A DNA stretch of 64,000 nucleotides from Octopus vulgaris (taxonomy: Eukaryota), in NCBI GenBank assembly GCA_951406725.2, contig OX597841.1:26784001-26848000 (forward strand), written 5' to 3'. Positions 14,659 through 28,184 of the stretch are shown here, piece by piece. The notes under the pieces were generated by a model. That model made no database searches. It had not been told where the DNA came from and was given only the letters and a program-made list of their open reading frames with translations. The stretch's first letter is position 1. Each line of letters opens with the position of its first letter. Made by a program: the position numbers and the translations under genes.

Positions 14659-15098
14659 CATGTATGTATATATATGTATGCATGTATGTATATATATATA
14701 TGCATGCATGTATGTATACGTATATATGTATACATGTGTACATATGTATATAAATGTATGTATGTATAGTTATGTATGCATACATATGTATGTATAGATG
14801 TGTATATATATGTGCACTATGTGTATATATATATATATATGTATGTATATAAGTGTGTATACATGTGTGTGTATATGAACTTGTATGTACAGATGCATGT
14901 TTATATGAATGTGTATATATGTACGTAGATGTATGCTTGTATGCGTATGTGTGCGTATATATGTGTATATTTGTATGTAAATGTATGCGTATGTGTGTAC
15001 AAATGCACGTATGTATGTATAGATGTGTTTTTGTATATATGTATGAGTATGTGTACATTGTATATAGATGTGTGCGTGTCTATATGCTTCTGTACATG

Positions 15099-15132
<34 letters not shown>

Positions 15133-15843
15133 CATGTAAGGATATATTCGTATGTGTATGTACGTTTCTATATATATATACATACATGTATAAACAAATG
15201 CATGTGTATATAATAGGATATGCATGTGTAAATATATAAAAATGTATCTATATATATGTATATGTACACATAAAGATTTACATGTGTGTATGTATATAAG
15301 CACACGTGTATTTGTATAGTGGACTTTCAGAATATATATATACATACGTATATATGTATGTATATACATGTGTATGCATATATAAGTGTTATATATATAT
15401 ATATATATGCATATATAAATGTGTATATGTATATATATGCATATATAAATGTATATGTATATATATAGATAGATATGTATGTATATGTATATATAGATAT
15501 ATATATGTATATATGCATACGTGTATATATATGTATATATGCTTATGTGTATATATTTATGTATATATGCATGTGTGTATATATATGTATATATGCATAT
15601 GTGTATATATATATGTATATATGCTTATGTATATATATATGTATGTATATATGCATATGTGTATATATATAAATGTATATATGCATATGTATATATATAT
15701 ATATATGTATATATGCATATGTGTATATATATATGTATATATGCATATGTGTATACATATATGTATATGTTTGTATATATATGTATATATGTATACATAT
15801 GTATATGTGTATATATATACATGTATATATGTATATTTATTTG

Positions 15844-15889
<46 letters not shown>

Positions 15890-16681
15890 CAACACACATC
15901 CACATATATATATATATATGAAAACGTGTATTCATATATATATATATGTATATATTCCTCTGTGTGTGTGCGTGGTAATATATATATATATATATATATA
16001 CATATACACACACACACATACACATTTTGCCACTATGTAATTCTTACTGTAGTCCACTATATTACCATTGTTTTTAAATGTTTGTTTACCAACAACTTAT
16101 TCAGTTAGTATTTAGCGAGTATATTTCTCAATAAGTTAAGTAGTTGATCATTCATTTGAATAGTTAAATGCTTGGCGAGTTAACAAATGAATACAAAAAG
16201 GAAGTGAATTACTACGCGAACTAAAACATAACCCGTGTCTGTTTCTCATTGGCGAAATGACCATCGCGAAACGCAAATTCTGTTTCAATAAGTGTCTTGA
16301 TAAACGAATACGGTAACTACATACATACATTCACACACATCCAAGAAAATGCACATATCTATCTATATGTATGTTTGTGTTTTACATATATGCATAAACA
16401 CACACACACACACACAATTTGTATAGGTAACGTCTATCTACCAATCTACCTATTTATCTATCTATCTATATATATGTTTATCTTTGTCTATTTTTCTATC
16501 TGTTTATATCTGTCTGTCTGTCTCTCTGGTTATGTCTTACCTACCTACATACCTGCCTACCTGCCCACCTGCCTAAAATATTACCTGATGATAGTGGATT
16601 GTATGTATGAATGCTACCGAAACAGCTGTCGTGAATTTTAATGCCATATCTATTTATGCACACAAGCGCACACATATATTC

Positions 16682-16903
16682 TTTTATTCTTTCACTTGTT
16701 TCAGTCATTTGAGTTCGGCCATGCTGGAGCACCGCCTTCAGTCGAACAAATCGACCCCCCCCCCTGACTTATTCTTTGTAAGACTAGTACTTAGGAACCT
16801 AGTACTTTGCCGAACTGCTATGTTACAGGGGACATAAACACATCTACATCGGTTGTCAAGCGATGGGGGCGGAGGACAAACGCAGACACACAAATATATA
16901 CAT
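16682..16903 (-). mobile_element. 3' half of SINE family A
   Basis: TTGTTTCAGTCATTTGA...CCATGCTGGAGCACCGCC. Confidence 0.75.
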
Positions 16904-16942
16904 ATGTCCGGTCAGAAAGTGATGACTGGCTTTGCATCCATA

Positions 16943-17016
16943 AAGCGCTAGGCTTTATAGACGGCTCATCAGGCTCAATGGCCATTGATCTGACAAGCCC
17001 TCTATAAAGCCTAGTG

Positions 17017-17019
<3 letters not shown>
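16943..17019. mobile_element. 77-bp fold-back element (MITE-like palindrome)
   Basis: AAGCGCTAGGCTTTATAGA...CAATGG|CCATTG...TCTATAAAGCCTAGTGCTT. Confidence 0.65.
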
Positions 17020-17048
<29 letters not shown>

Positions 17049-17051
<3 letters not shown>

Positions 17052-17560
17052 GCAGTATCGCCCGGCGTTGCTCGGGTTTGTAAGGGAAATAACTATATAA
17101 GCATTTTTAGAGAGTTACTACCCTTATAGATGCCAATTTGGGCTTTCTTAGCCATTTCTGTTTTGGTGTCTTTAAGCCATGAAGTCGTTGTTCTAAAAGA
17201 ACGCTGGTCTCCTTGACAACGCTTTACGACGTTGATTTCCTTACACTCCCTTCCCCACAGCTTCACGAGGGAGGGAAGAAGGGGGAGAAGCAAACAGGTG
17301 CAGCTGTGACCATGGACGCCAACTCCGCCGCCATCGACACACGAAAAATTATGCATTAAAATGGAATAAAAAATGATGTTAAATTATTTTTAAAATCGTA
17401 GACTCATCGTAGACGCACGCTAATACTCAGACGGGCTCGATATGAATCACGACTATAAGATACCCGAATTTGGTTAAACTGCACCGCAAAATGTGGGAGT
17501 AGTTAGGAATCTAAATCGAAGGGGACAGACACTCACACAACTACAGTTTTATATATATAG

Positions 17561-17561
<1 letters not shown>
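17049..17561 (-). mobile_element. Non-autonomous Helitron, longer variant
   Basis: Same termini and body as 13760-14061 (3' end mutated), plus ~215 bp of extra internal sequence (~17130-17345). Confidence 0.8.
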
Positions 17562-17590
<29 letters not shown>

Positions 17591-17591
<1 letters not shown>

Positions 17592-17900
17592 GAGGTGCAA
17601 TGGCCCAGTGGTTAGGGCAGCGGACTCGCGGTTGTAGGATCGCGATTTCGATTCCCAGATCGGGCGTTGTGAGTGTTTATTGAGCGAAAACACCCAAAGC
17701 TCCACGAGGCTCCGGCAGGGGGTGGTGGCGATCCCTGCTGTACTCTTTCGCCACAACTTTCTCTCACTCTTTCTTCTGTTGGCCTGCTCGCTTAGCCAGC
17801 GGGGTGGCGTCATTCGACGGCTAAAACAATGCGAAGCGCATTGTGACCAGCGATGTGTAGCAACATCTGATAGCGTGGTCGGTCGCGGTGATCACGGTGA
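17591..17900 (+). mobile_element. tRNA-derived SINE, family B
   Basis: GGAGGTGCAATGGCCCAGTGG (A box)...TTTCGATTCCC (B box); copies at 18291, 24641 and 48103. Confidence 0.85.
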
Positions 17901-17925
17901 TATATATATAATATCAAAGAATACA

Positions 17926-18221
17926 AAAAATGGGACAAGAACACAACAGGCGACAAGACATCCAGACGTTTAGATGATACAAAAAGCTACAAGAAAAAAC
18001 AAGGACGGGTCATTCGTAGTTTTTCTTTTATCAGTCGAGTTCCGGATTATCTTCGCAGTTTCGGCTGGTTATACTCGAGACTGCTCCAATCTGGCCTGCC
18101 CCAAGGAAAATCTAAGCTAAGAGCACCAGATTTGTTGGAAGAAATCAGCGAATTAACACACACATACATACAAGCTCTCATCTAATCACGTATGTATATA
18201 TGAATATATATAGCCTAGTGC

Positions 18222-18268
<47 letters not shown>

Positions 18269-18665
18269 GCGTGTGTGTGTGTGTGTGTGTAGGTGCAATG
18301 GCCCAGTGGTTAGGGCAGCGGACTCGCGGTTGTAGGATCGCGATTTCGATTCCCAGACCGGGCGTTGTGGTTATTGAGCGAAAACGGGACAAGAACACAA
18401 CAGGCGACAAGACATCCAGACGTTTAGATGATACAAAAAGCTACAAGAAAAAACAAGGACGGGTCATTCGTAGTTTTCTTTCGTCAGTCGAGTTTCGGAT
18501 TATCTTCGCAGTTTCGGCTGGTTAAACTCGAGACTGCTCCAATCTGGCCAGTCCCAAGGAAAATCTAAGCTAAGAGCACCAGATTTGTTGGAAGAAATCA
18601 GCGAATTAACACACACATACATATATACATACAAGCGCTCATCTAATCACGTATGTATATATATG
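17926..18665. repeat. ~270-bp direct duplication of a Penelope-like fragment separated by a SINE B head
   Basis: GGGACAAGAACACAACAGG...CTCATCTAATCACGTATG occurs at ~17932-18200 and ~18386-18665. Partial SINE B at 18291-18383. Confidence 0.85.
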
Positions 18666-18789
18666 AATTCCTCTGTGTGTTTGTATATAAATAAATGGAA
18701 AGGACTTTGAGAATTGGTTGCATAACCGCTGCATAACAACAGGAACAAGAAGAATAAGACCAACAACAATCATTACAACTACCGAAACC

Positions 18790-18916
18790 ACCACCACCAC
18801 CACCACTACTACTACTACTACTGCTACCACCACCAACTTTACTATCACCATTAACACCATTGCTTCTACTACTACTACTACTACTACTACTACTATCACC
18901 ATTAACACCATTGCCT

Positions 18917-18991
<75 letters not shown>

Positions 18992-19021
18992 ACTTTACTA
19001 TCACCATTAACTCCATTGCTT

Positions 19022-19087
<66 letters not shown>

Positions 19088-19117
19088 ACTTTACTATCAC
19101 CATTAACTCCATTGCTT

Positions 19118-19165
<48 letters not shown>

Positions 19166-19195
19166 ACTTTACTATCACCATTAACACCATTGCTT

Positions 19196-19226
<31 letters not shown>

Positions 19227-19255
19227 TTTTACTATCACCATTAACACCATTGCTT

Positions 19256-19306
<51 letters not shown>

Positions 19307-19336
19307 ACTTTACTATCACCATTAACACCATTGCTT

Positions 19337-19378
<42 letters not shown>

Positions 19379-19409
19379 ACTTTACTATCACCATTAACTC
19401 CATTGCTTC

Positions 19410-19445
<36 letters not shown>

Positions 19446-19780
19446 CACCACCGTCTTCATTAATAACACTACTACTACCACCAGCACCATTCCTACTACT
19501 ACTGCTACTACTTCTATCACCATTGCTAGTACTACCACCTCTACCACCATTGCTGCTACTGCCTCTACTACTATTGCTGCTGCTGCTACTACTACCACTA
19601 CCATCATTACGAATACTACTACCATCACCACCATTGCTACTACTGCTATTACTACGACAACCACTACCACCACCATTTTTACTACTACTACTACTACTAT
19701 TACTACTACTACCACTGCTGTTGTTACTATTACTACCACCACCACCATCATTACGAATACTATTACCATCACCATCTTTG

Positions 19781-19850
<70 letters not shown>

Positions 19851-19900
19851 ATGTAGTAGTAGTATTAGTAGTAGTAGTAGTAGTAGTAGCAGCAGCAGCA
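18790..19900. repeat. (CTA)n tract with a repeated ~35-bp core
   Basis: CCACCAACTTTACTATCACCATTAAC(A/T)CCATTGCTT repeated about 8 times between (CTA)n runs. Confidence 0.92.
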
Positions 19901-20214
19901 GTAGGAACAATACTGTGTGTAAAATATTTCTGCAATGTGGTTTGGAAGTTTTCCAGAAATACTGGGAATATTTGTCGATCTTAGAAACCCATTGGTGGTG
20001 GTGGTGGTGGTCGTGGTAGGGGAGTCTTGAAGGAAGTGGGGGGGGTGGGGGGGATGTCAGAGAAGGAAGGGGGTAATAATAGGGGGGATCGAGAGAGGGG
20101 GTTGGACTGATGGGTGATGATAAGGAGGTTTGAAAGTGGAAAGTTTGTAGTGGTGGTGGTCATGGTGGTTGTTTTTGCGCACGACAAGGTTTCGTAGGTG
20201 GTGGTCGTGGCGGC

Positions 20215-20251
<37 letters not shown>

Positions 20252-20676
20252 GCAGCAGCGCTGGATACTGTTGTTTTTGTTGATGGTGGTGGTGGTGTGT
20301 TTGGTGTTAAGATCACGGCCAAACTGGTCTTTGGTATATAAACTGCTTCCATCCATGGCTATCGCGTTCTAGTTTGTGTCGACGTGCAAGACACCATGAA
20401 CCACTTTGCCGATCGTGATGGTGATTTGAGGGCAATTGGTTGCTATTTCTGTTAGGTTTGGACCCTACGTATGTACATACATTACAAATACAATAGGTCG
20501 TGATTTGAGGGAGATTTAGCTGCTATTTCTACAAGAGGTCTCCTTCACTAGCTCATACCTACGTATGTGGATACATAAGGCACGACGATTTCATTCGAGG
20601 GACATTTGGCTGCTATTGCTACGTAGAAGGGATGTCCCTTGCTCATCAGACATAACGTTGTGATTAAACAACAGGT

Positions 20677-21087
20677 ACTCTTTCTCTTTTCTCTTTTACT
20701 TGTTTCAGTCATTTGACTGCGGCCATGCTGGAGCACCGCCTTTAGTCGAGCAAATCGACCCCGTGACTTATTCTTTGTAAGCCCAGTACTTATTCTATCG
20801 GTCTCTTTTGCCGAACCGCTAAGTGACGGGGACGTAAACACACCAGCATCGGTTGTCAAGCAATGCTAGAGAGACAAACACAGACACACAAACATATACA
20901 TACACATACATATATATATATATATATACGACAGGCTTCTTTCAGTTTCCGTCTGCCAAATCCACTCACAAGGCATTGGTCGGCCCGAGGCTATAGAAGA
21001 AGACACTTGCCCAAGATGCCACGCAGTGGGACTGAACCCTGAACCATGTGGTTGGTAGGCAAGCTACTTACCACACAGCCACTCCTC
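20677..21087 (-). mobile_element. SINE family A, full length
   Basis: Reverse complement of 29476-29890. Confidence 0.9.
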
Positions 21088-21323
21088 CTGACAAATGAAT
21101 TTGCACAATTTGAACTAAACGAAATATAGTACCCCACCCCTTTTTTTTGTACAGGAAAGGTACCCCACTATTCGATGTCGTATTTTTTTGATAATAATAA
21201 CCAATGTTCCAATGCACAGGAATAGTATTCTAGATTGCTGCTTTCAAGTTTTCAATTACTTACACATCAACTGTGAAACCTATCTGTGTCTATCTATATA
21301 TCTATCTATCTGTCTAACTGCCC

Positions 21324-21397
<74 letters not shown>

Positions 21398-21542
21398 TCA
21401 TCCATCCATCCATCCATCTATTGTCTGTCTGTGTGTCTCTGTCTATCTATCTATCATTCTATCTATCTATCCATCTATCATCTAGCTATCTGTCTCTCTA
21501 TCTCTCTGTCTGCCTATCTGTCATTCTGACTATCTCTCTCCA

Positions 21543-21643
<101 letters not shown>

Positions 21644-21676
21644 ACACCTTCTTACATGTACATATACATATACACT

Positions 21677-21769
<93 letters not shown>

Positions 21770-21908
21770 TTGTGCGTAGACGCACTCCTATACAAGCGCA
21801 TAATATAGGTTTTAACAAAGAAATATTGTAGAATAGTAACTGAAAAATCCTAAAACAAGATGAACGGAGACATTTTAATGAAACACACCTGAAAAAACTT
21901 TATTACCC

Positions 21909-21959
<51 letters not shown>

Positions 21960-21966
21960 AGCATGA

Positions 21967-21998
<32 letters not shown>

Positions 21999-22062
21999 CA
22001 GGGCGTATGGGTGTATAGTATACGCAAACATATTGACATTCATAGACATGTATAAGTGGGTG

Positions 22063-22127
<65 letters not shown>

Positions 22128-22280
22128 GTATATCTCTATAAGCATAGGTGGTAGTATGTGTTATATATATATATATATACATATATGTGTGTGTGTGAAT
22201 GCCTACACTTATTTGAGTATATATATATATGTGTATATATACATATATATATATGCATATATATATGTGTGTGTATGTGT

Positions 22281-22324
<44 letters not shown>

Positions 22325-22499
22325 CTTGTATGCATATATACCAATATGTATATATATGTGTGTATATATATACATATATATATGTGTGTATATATATACA
22401 TATATATATCTGCATATATATATACATATATATATATGTCTGTGTGTGTGTGTATACATATTTAGTTATATATATATATATTTGTATGCATATATACAA

Positions 22500-22588
<89 letters not shown>

Positions 22589-22866
22589 CTTATATATGTG
22601 TGTACATATATATGTATATAAGTATGTATAGATAAATATATATATATATGGGTGTGTGTATTGCTCACACCTACTTTATATTCTCACACAGAGAAGTACA
22701 CGCACACGCATGCAATTACGCGTGTGTGAATATGTAATTAAGTGGTTTGCATTTTTGTTAATTTATTGAGCTTTTTTTTTATCTCATTAATGCTTATAAA
22801 AACAATACGAAATACAAATATGTATTTATTTGTCTATGTATGCATGTATGTACCTTTGCGTGCGTT

Positions 22867-22918
<52 letters not shown>

Positions 22919-23050
22919 CATACACATAAATCGTCGAATATAAATTTATATATATATATATATATACACTTACATATATACATACACACATCTGTATATG
23001 AGTTTTATATCAATTTGTATTTGGATACACACACACACACACACATACAT

Positions 23051-23113
<63 letters not shown>

Positions 23114-23205
23114 AATCGCCGAATATATGTTTATATATATATATATATACACATACATATATACATACACACATCTGTATGAGTTTTATATAAATTTGTG
23201 TATGG

Positions 23206-23242
<37 letters not shown>

Positions 23243-23252
23243 CGTGTGTATG

Positions 23253-23286
<34 letters not shown>

Positions 23287-24039
23287 TGTATGTATGTATG
23301 TATGTATGTATGTATGTATGTGCACGCCTTGAAACTTGGTACAGGTGTGCGTATTGATGTGTGTGCGCAAATGTGTACGAGAGATATCCATTCGACGAGA
23401 GAGCAAGTGTTTTGCTGCCTCTTCCATCATCGGGGTGGCTGGGGAGAGGGGCATCGGCATGTCAAAACTTTGCTTCTTCCTTTGAACACGTACACACATA
23501 TACCCACACAGAGTTGAAACGCTGTTTGTTATTTCTTTTCAGCATTGAATGTTCACCATCCCACTTCCATTGCGCACTCACACTCAATCATTCCTGTTCC
23601 TCCCTTTTACATACACACACATATACTCACACAAACCTGAAACACTCCCACTACCAGTCTGCCATCACCCCTTCCTTTCTTTCTTATTCATCTTTCACTC
23701 CTTCCTTTTTCATTCGTATGTTGTGACGGAGAAAAACACTAGTGCATTATTATAGTAAAAAGATTATCTTTCACCTATCTTCTTTTCCTCCTTGTGCGCG
23801 TGTGCAACATGTTTGTTTTCAATGGAAAAGTTATTTGCCAAGGTGATGTGTAAAATACTCGCTTCTGATTGGCTAAAATACACAGATTTTGCAAATTTTA
23901 AAGGCTAATAATGTTTTAAATATGGATTTAAAGGGAAAATGAATTTCATTTTCATAATTAATATAAAAAACTTGATCCATATACCAAATCTGAAAATAAT
24001 TGGAACGAAATCATAAACAGTGACGAAAACCACAATGAT

Positions 24040-24164
24040 CTCTGAGTGGACTGGAGGAAAGTAAAATGAAGTGTCTTGCTCAAGAAAACAGCTCACTGCC
24101 CGGTCTAGGAATTGAGCCCATGGTCTTGCGATCGGGAGTGCAACAGCTTAACCACTAGGTAACG

Positions 24165-24166
<2 letters not shown>
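24040..24166 (-). mobile_element. Partial tRNA-derived SINE related to 41064-41372
   Basis: Minus strand CCTAGTGGTTAAG...CTTGAGCAAGACACTTCATTTTAC. Confidence 0.55.
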
Positions 24167-24205
<39 letters not shown>

Positions 24206-24640
24206 CTCTCTCTCTCTCTCTCTCTCCCAATATCACGCACACATATGTGTGTAAATATATATGTATATGCATGAATGTATATATATAGCAGTGTTTCCCA
24301 ACCTGGGGTCCGCGGTCCCTGGTAGTCCACAATGGTAGTACTTGAGGTCCGTGTACTAAATTCAAAAGTTCATATATATTTATTTCGTTTTTGGATTTGG
24401 TTTCCAAGATTCTTTATGTGAGTTCGTGTGTTGAAGCATATTTTGTTATGTCTGGGGAGAGTCAACAACTATTAAAAAGGTTGCAAGACGCAACGAACAT
24501 CATCGGAAAATAAATAAATAAATGAGTGGAAATTTTACCGGTGTGTGTGTTACATTATAAGCCACTAAAAGAGAATGACTCTCTCCAGATATATATATAT
24601 ATATATATCTATATGTATGTGTGTGTGTGTGTGTGTGTGT

Positions 24641-24938
24641 GGAGGCGCAATGGCCCAGTGGTTAGGGCAACGGACTCGCGGTCGTAGGATCGCGGTTTCG
24701 ATTCCCAGACCGGGCGTTGTGAGTGTTTATTGAGCGAAAACGCCTAAAGCTCCACGAGTCTCCGGCAGGGGGTGGTGGTGATCCCTAGTGTACTCTTTCG
24801 CCACAACTTCCTCTCTTTCTTCTGTTGGCCTGCTCGCTTAGTCAGCGGGGTGGCGTCATTTAAAGGCTAAAACAATGCGAAACGCACTTTGACCAGCGAT
24901 GTGTAGCAACATCTGATAGCCTGGTCAGTCACGGTGAT
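24641..24938 (+). mobile_element. SINE family B
   Basis: Near-identical to 17591-17900. Confidence 0.88.
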
Positions 24939-24967
24939 ATATATATATATATGTGTGTGTGTATGTG

Positions 24968-25019
<52 letters not shown>

Positions 25020-25021
<2 letters not shown>

Positions 25022-25383
25022 CGCAGGTAGCTTGTTTACCAACCACATGGTTCCGGGTTCAGTCCCACTGCGTGGAACTTTGGCCAAGTGTCTTCTACTA
25101 TAACCTCGGGCCAACCAAAGCCTTGTGAGTAGATTTGGCAGACGGAAACTGAAAGAAGCCCGTCTCACACACACACACACACACACATATATATGTTTAT
25201 GCATATGTTTGGGTGTCTGTGTTTGTCTGCCCATCAACGCTCCATAACCGATGTTGGTGTGTTCACTTCCCCGAAAGAATTAGTAATGAGGCTTACAAAG
25301 TATAAGACCTGGGGTCGATTTGTTCGCATAACGGCGGTGCTCCAGCATGGCCTCAGTCAAATAACTGACAAAGAATAAAAGAA
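25020..25383 (+). mobile_element. SINE family A with internal deletions
   Basis: Head and tail match family A. Confidence 0.82.
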
Positions 25384-25762
25384 AATTTACATAAGTATAG
25401 TCATATTAGCGAAAACTCATTTAAATAAAAAGGGTTGGGAACCACTGGTATATAGCTGTCTGTCTGTCTCTCTCTTTCGCTCTCTCTCTCTCTCTCTCTC
25501 TCTACCTGTCTGTGCGTCTGTCTCTGTCTCTCTCTTTTTATGTCTGTCTGTCCGTCCCTGCCTGTCTTTCTCTTTCTTTCTCTCGCCCTATCTACCTATC
25601 CGTTTGCGTGTCTGTCTGTCTGTCTGTCTCTGTCTGTCTGTCCCTCTCACTCTCTATCTACCTATCTGTCTGCCTGTCTCTCTTTCTGTCTGTTCGTCCG
25701 TCCGTTCCTCCCACTCTCTCTCTCCCTCTCCCTCAATATATATATATGTCTGTCTGTCCGTC

Positions 25763-25807
<45 letters not shown>

Positions 25808-25836
25808 GTTCGTCCGTCCGTTCCTCTCACACACTC

Positions 25837-25918
<82 letters not shown>

Positions 25919-26246
25919 CATACATATATGTGTGTGTGTGTGTGTGTATGCATGTGTATCCACATATGCGCACGTGCTCTTGTGTATGCGTCTACCTTTC
26001 AGCGCACGCCCGCGAGTGCGCATGCGTGTGTCGGTGCATGCATGTGTGCGTGTGTGTTTGAGAGATGTAACACATCTTATATGCAAAAACCATTCACAAA
26101 ATTCTTCTCTCTTTCTTAGAAATGGCAAAACCGGTCTTGGAATTAAAGTGTTCATTAGTCTTGGTCTGTTGCTTAGTCTGTCTGTGCGTCACTGTGGATA
26201 CGTGTGTGTCTGTGTGTGTATGTATGTATGTATGTATGTATGTGTA

Positions 26247-26284
<38 letters not shown>

Positions 26285-26691
26285 GGTGCAGGAGTGGCTG
26301 TGTGGTAAGTAGCTTGTTTACCAAACAACATGGTTCCGGGTTCAGTCCCACTGCGTGGCACCTTGGGCAAGTGTCTTCTACTATAGCCTCGAGCCGACCA
26401 ATGCCTTGTGAGTGGATTTGGTAGATGGAAACTGAAAGAAGCCCGTCGTGTATATGTATATATATATATATATATATGTATGTGTATGTATGTGTGTCTG
26501 TGTTTGTCCCTCTAGCATTGCTTGACAACCGATGCTGGTGTGTTTATGTCCCCGTTACTTAGCGGTTCGGCGAAAGAGACCGATAGAATAAGTACTGGGC
26601 TTACAAAAGAATAAGTCCCGGGGTCGAGTTGCTCGACTAAAGGCGGTACTCCAGCATGGCCGCAGTCAAATGACTGAAACAAGTAAAAGAG
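26285..26691 (+). mobile_element. SINE family A, full length
   Basis: Head GGTGCAGGAGTGGCTGTGTGG; tail GACTGAAACAAGTAAAAGAG. Confidence 0.9.
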
Positions 26692-26714
26692 TATATATAT
26701 ATATATATATATAT

Positions 26715-27736
26715 GATTGATTGATTGATTGATTGATTGATTCTAGTTTCAGCTTATGAGCTGTGGCCATGCTGGGGCACCGCCATTTTGTGTTGCTACT
26801 TGGTTTCACTTCATGGAGGCTTTCTAGCAGCTGCTATTTGGTGCATGAGAGAGTTCGATGCAGCTGCCCTCATCTGCCCCTCCTGCCGTGAAGTTGGTTC
26901 ATCTGGGACACCTGACAGGAAGAGATCCAGCTTCATTTTAAAGACATCTGTATCCACCCCATGCAGGTCTCTCAGGTTCTTCGGGAGGATATTGAAGAGC
27001 TGTGGGCCTCGGAAGCCCAGGCTATCACAGTATCTTGTCCTACATCTTGATGGCAGGTTTGGAGTCCTAGGCACCACGCAGTGGCGCCCAGTTCTGGCAT
27101 TTGCGTAACTCTCGATGCCAAAGTTCAGGACACTTCCCTCCAGGATCTTCCAGATGTATATTATGGCATATCTTTCCCGCCTACGCTCCAGGGAATATAA
27201 TTTTAATCTCTTGAGTCTTTCCCAGTAGCTTACATTCTGCATAGAGGCTATCTTCTTTGTGTAGCTTCGTTGGATCGCCTCAAGTTCTGTGATCAACTTG
27301 ACACTGGATGGTGACCATAGCTGAGAGCAATAGTCAAAGGGGTTTAGGACAAGTGTCTTCCAGAGGACCATCATGGTTTCTTGTTCTCTTGTTCTAAAGG
27401 TTCTAAGAATCCAGCCAGCCAGCCGTCTACATTTCATTGTCAGTTTAGCAACATGTACATGAAAGGTCGCGTCATCACTCATGTGAATACCCAGGTCACG
27501 CACTGATTGTGCCTCTGGGATTGCAATCCCTCCGGGTCCAGTGTATTCATTGGGTATTGCATTCAGTTTTGCATGCTGATAGTATAAAGCTTGAAACTTT
27601 CCAGCATTGAACTGCATGCTATTCTTTTCAGCCCACTTGTATATTTCGTCCAGCTCACATTGCAGGTGTTTAGTGTCCTCAGGGTTCTGTATTGCCTGTG
27701 AAACTTTTGTATCATCTGCATAACTTGTGATCGTGG
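26715..27736 (-). mobile_element. Second 5'-truncated copy of the CR1/L2-like LINE, C-terminal ORF intact
   Basis: ORF 26811-27617 is highly similar to 1143-1949, with YADD near 27710-27725; (AATC)n tail. Confidence 0.93.
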
Positions 27737-27754
27737 TGTGTGTGTGTATGTATT

Positions 27755-28170
27755 ACTCCTTTACTCCTTTTATGTGTTTCAGGCATTTGAATGCGGCCAT
27801 GCTGGAGCACCGCATTTAGCCGAAGGAATCAGCCCCAGGTCTTATTCTTTGTAAGCCTAGTACTTATTCTATCGGTCTTTCTGCCGAACCGCTAGCCTAC
27901 TGGGATGTAATCACACCAACATCGGTTGTCAAGCGATGGCGGGTGGACAAACACAGACACACAAACATATAGGCATACACAAACACACATGTATATATAA
28001 ATATCAAAAACGGGCTTCGTTCAGTTTCCGTCTATCAAATCGACTCACGAGGATCCGGTCGACCAGAGTCTATAGTAGAGGACACTTGCCGAAAGTGCCA
28101 CGCAGTGGGACTGAATCCCGGACCATATGGTTGGGAAGCAAGCTTCTTACCACACAGCCACGCCTGTGCC
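27755..28170 (-). mobile_element. SINE family A, diverged
   Basis: Reverse-complement match to family A. Confidence 0.85.
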
Positions 28171-28184
28171 TACACACACACACA

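Larger units (their letters stand above)
24289..25447. mobile_element. Non-autonomous hAT (Charlie-like) element with nested insertions
   Basis: TIRs CAGTGTTTCCCAACC / GGTTGGGAACCACTG; 8-bp flanks ATATATAG / GTATATAG (7/8 match). Confidence 0.65.

Noticed and set aside
17591-17665. tRNA genes at SINE heads
   Set aside because: A/B boxes are present, but there is no complete cloverleaf and each continues into a repeated SINE body.
18639-20019. Long ORFs (423-433 aa) resembling mucin or Ser/Gly-rich proteins
   Set aside because: Open in several frames on both strands because of (CTA)n; no complex domain or splice support.
20576-20595. miR-124-like seed TAAGGCACG
   Set aside because: Match stops after 9 nt, there is no hairpin, and it lies in a dispersed repeat.
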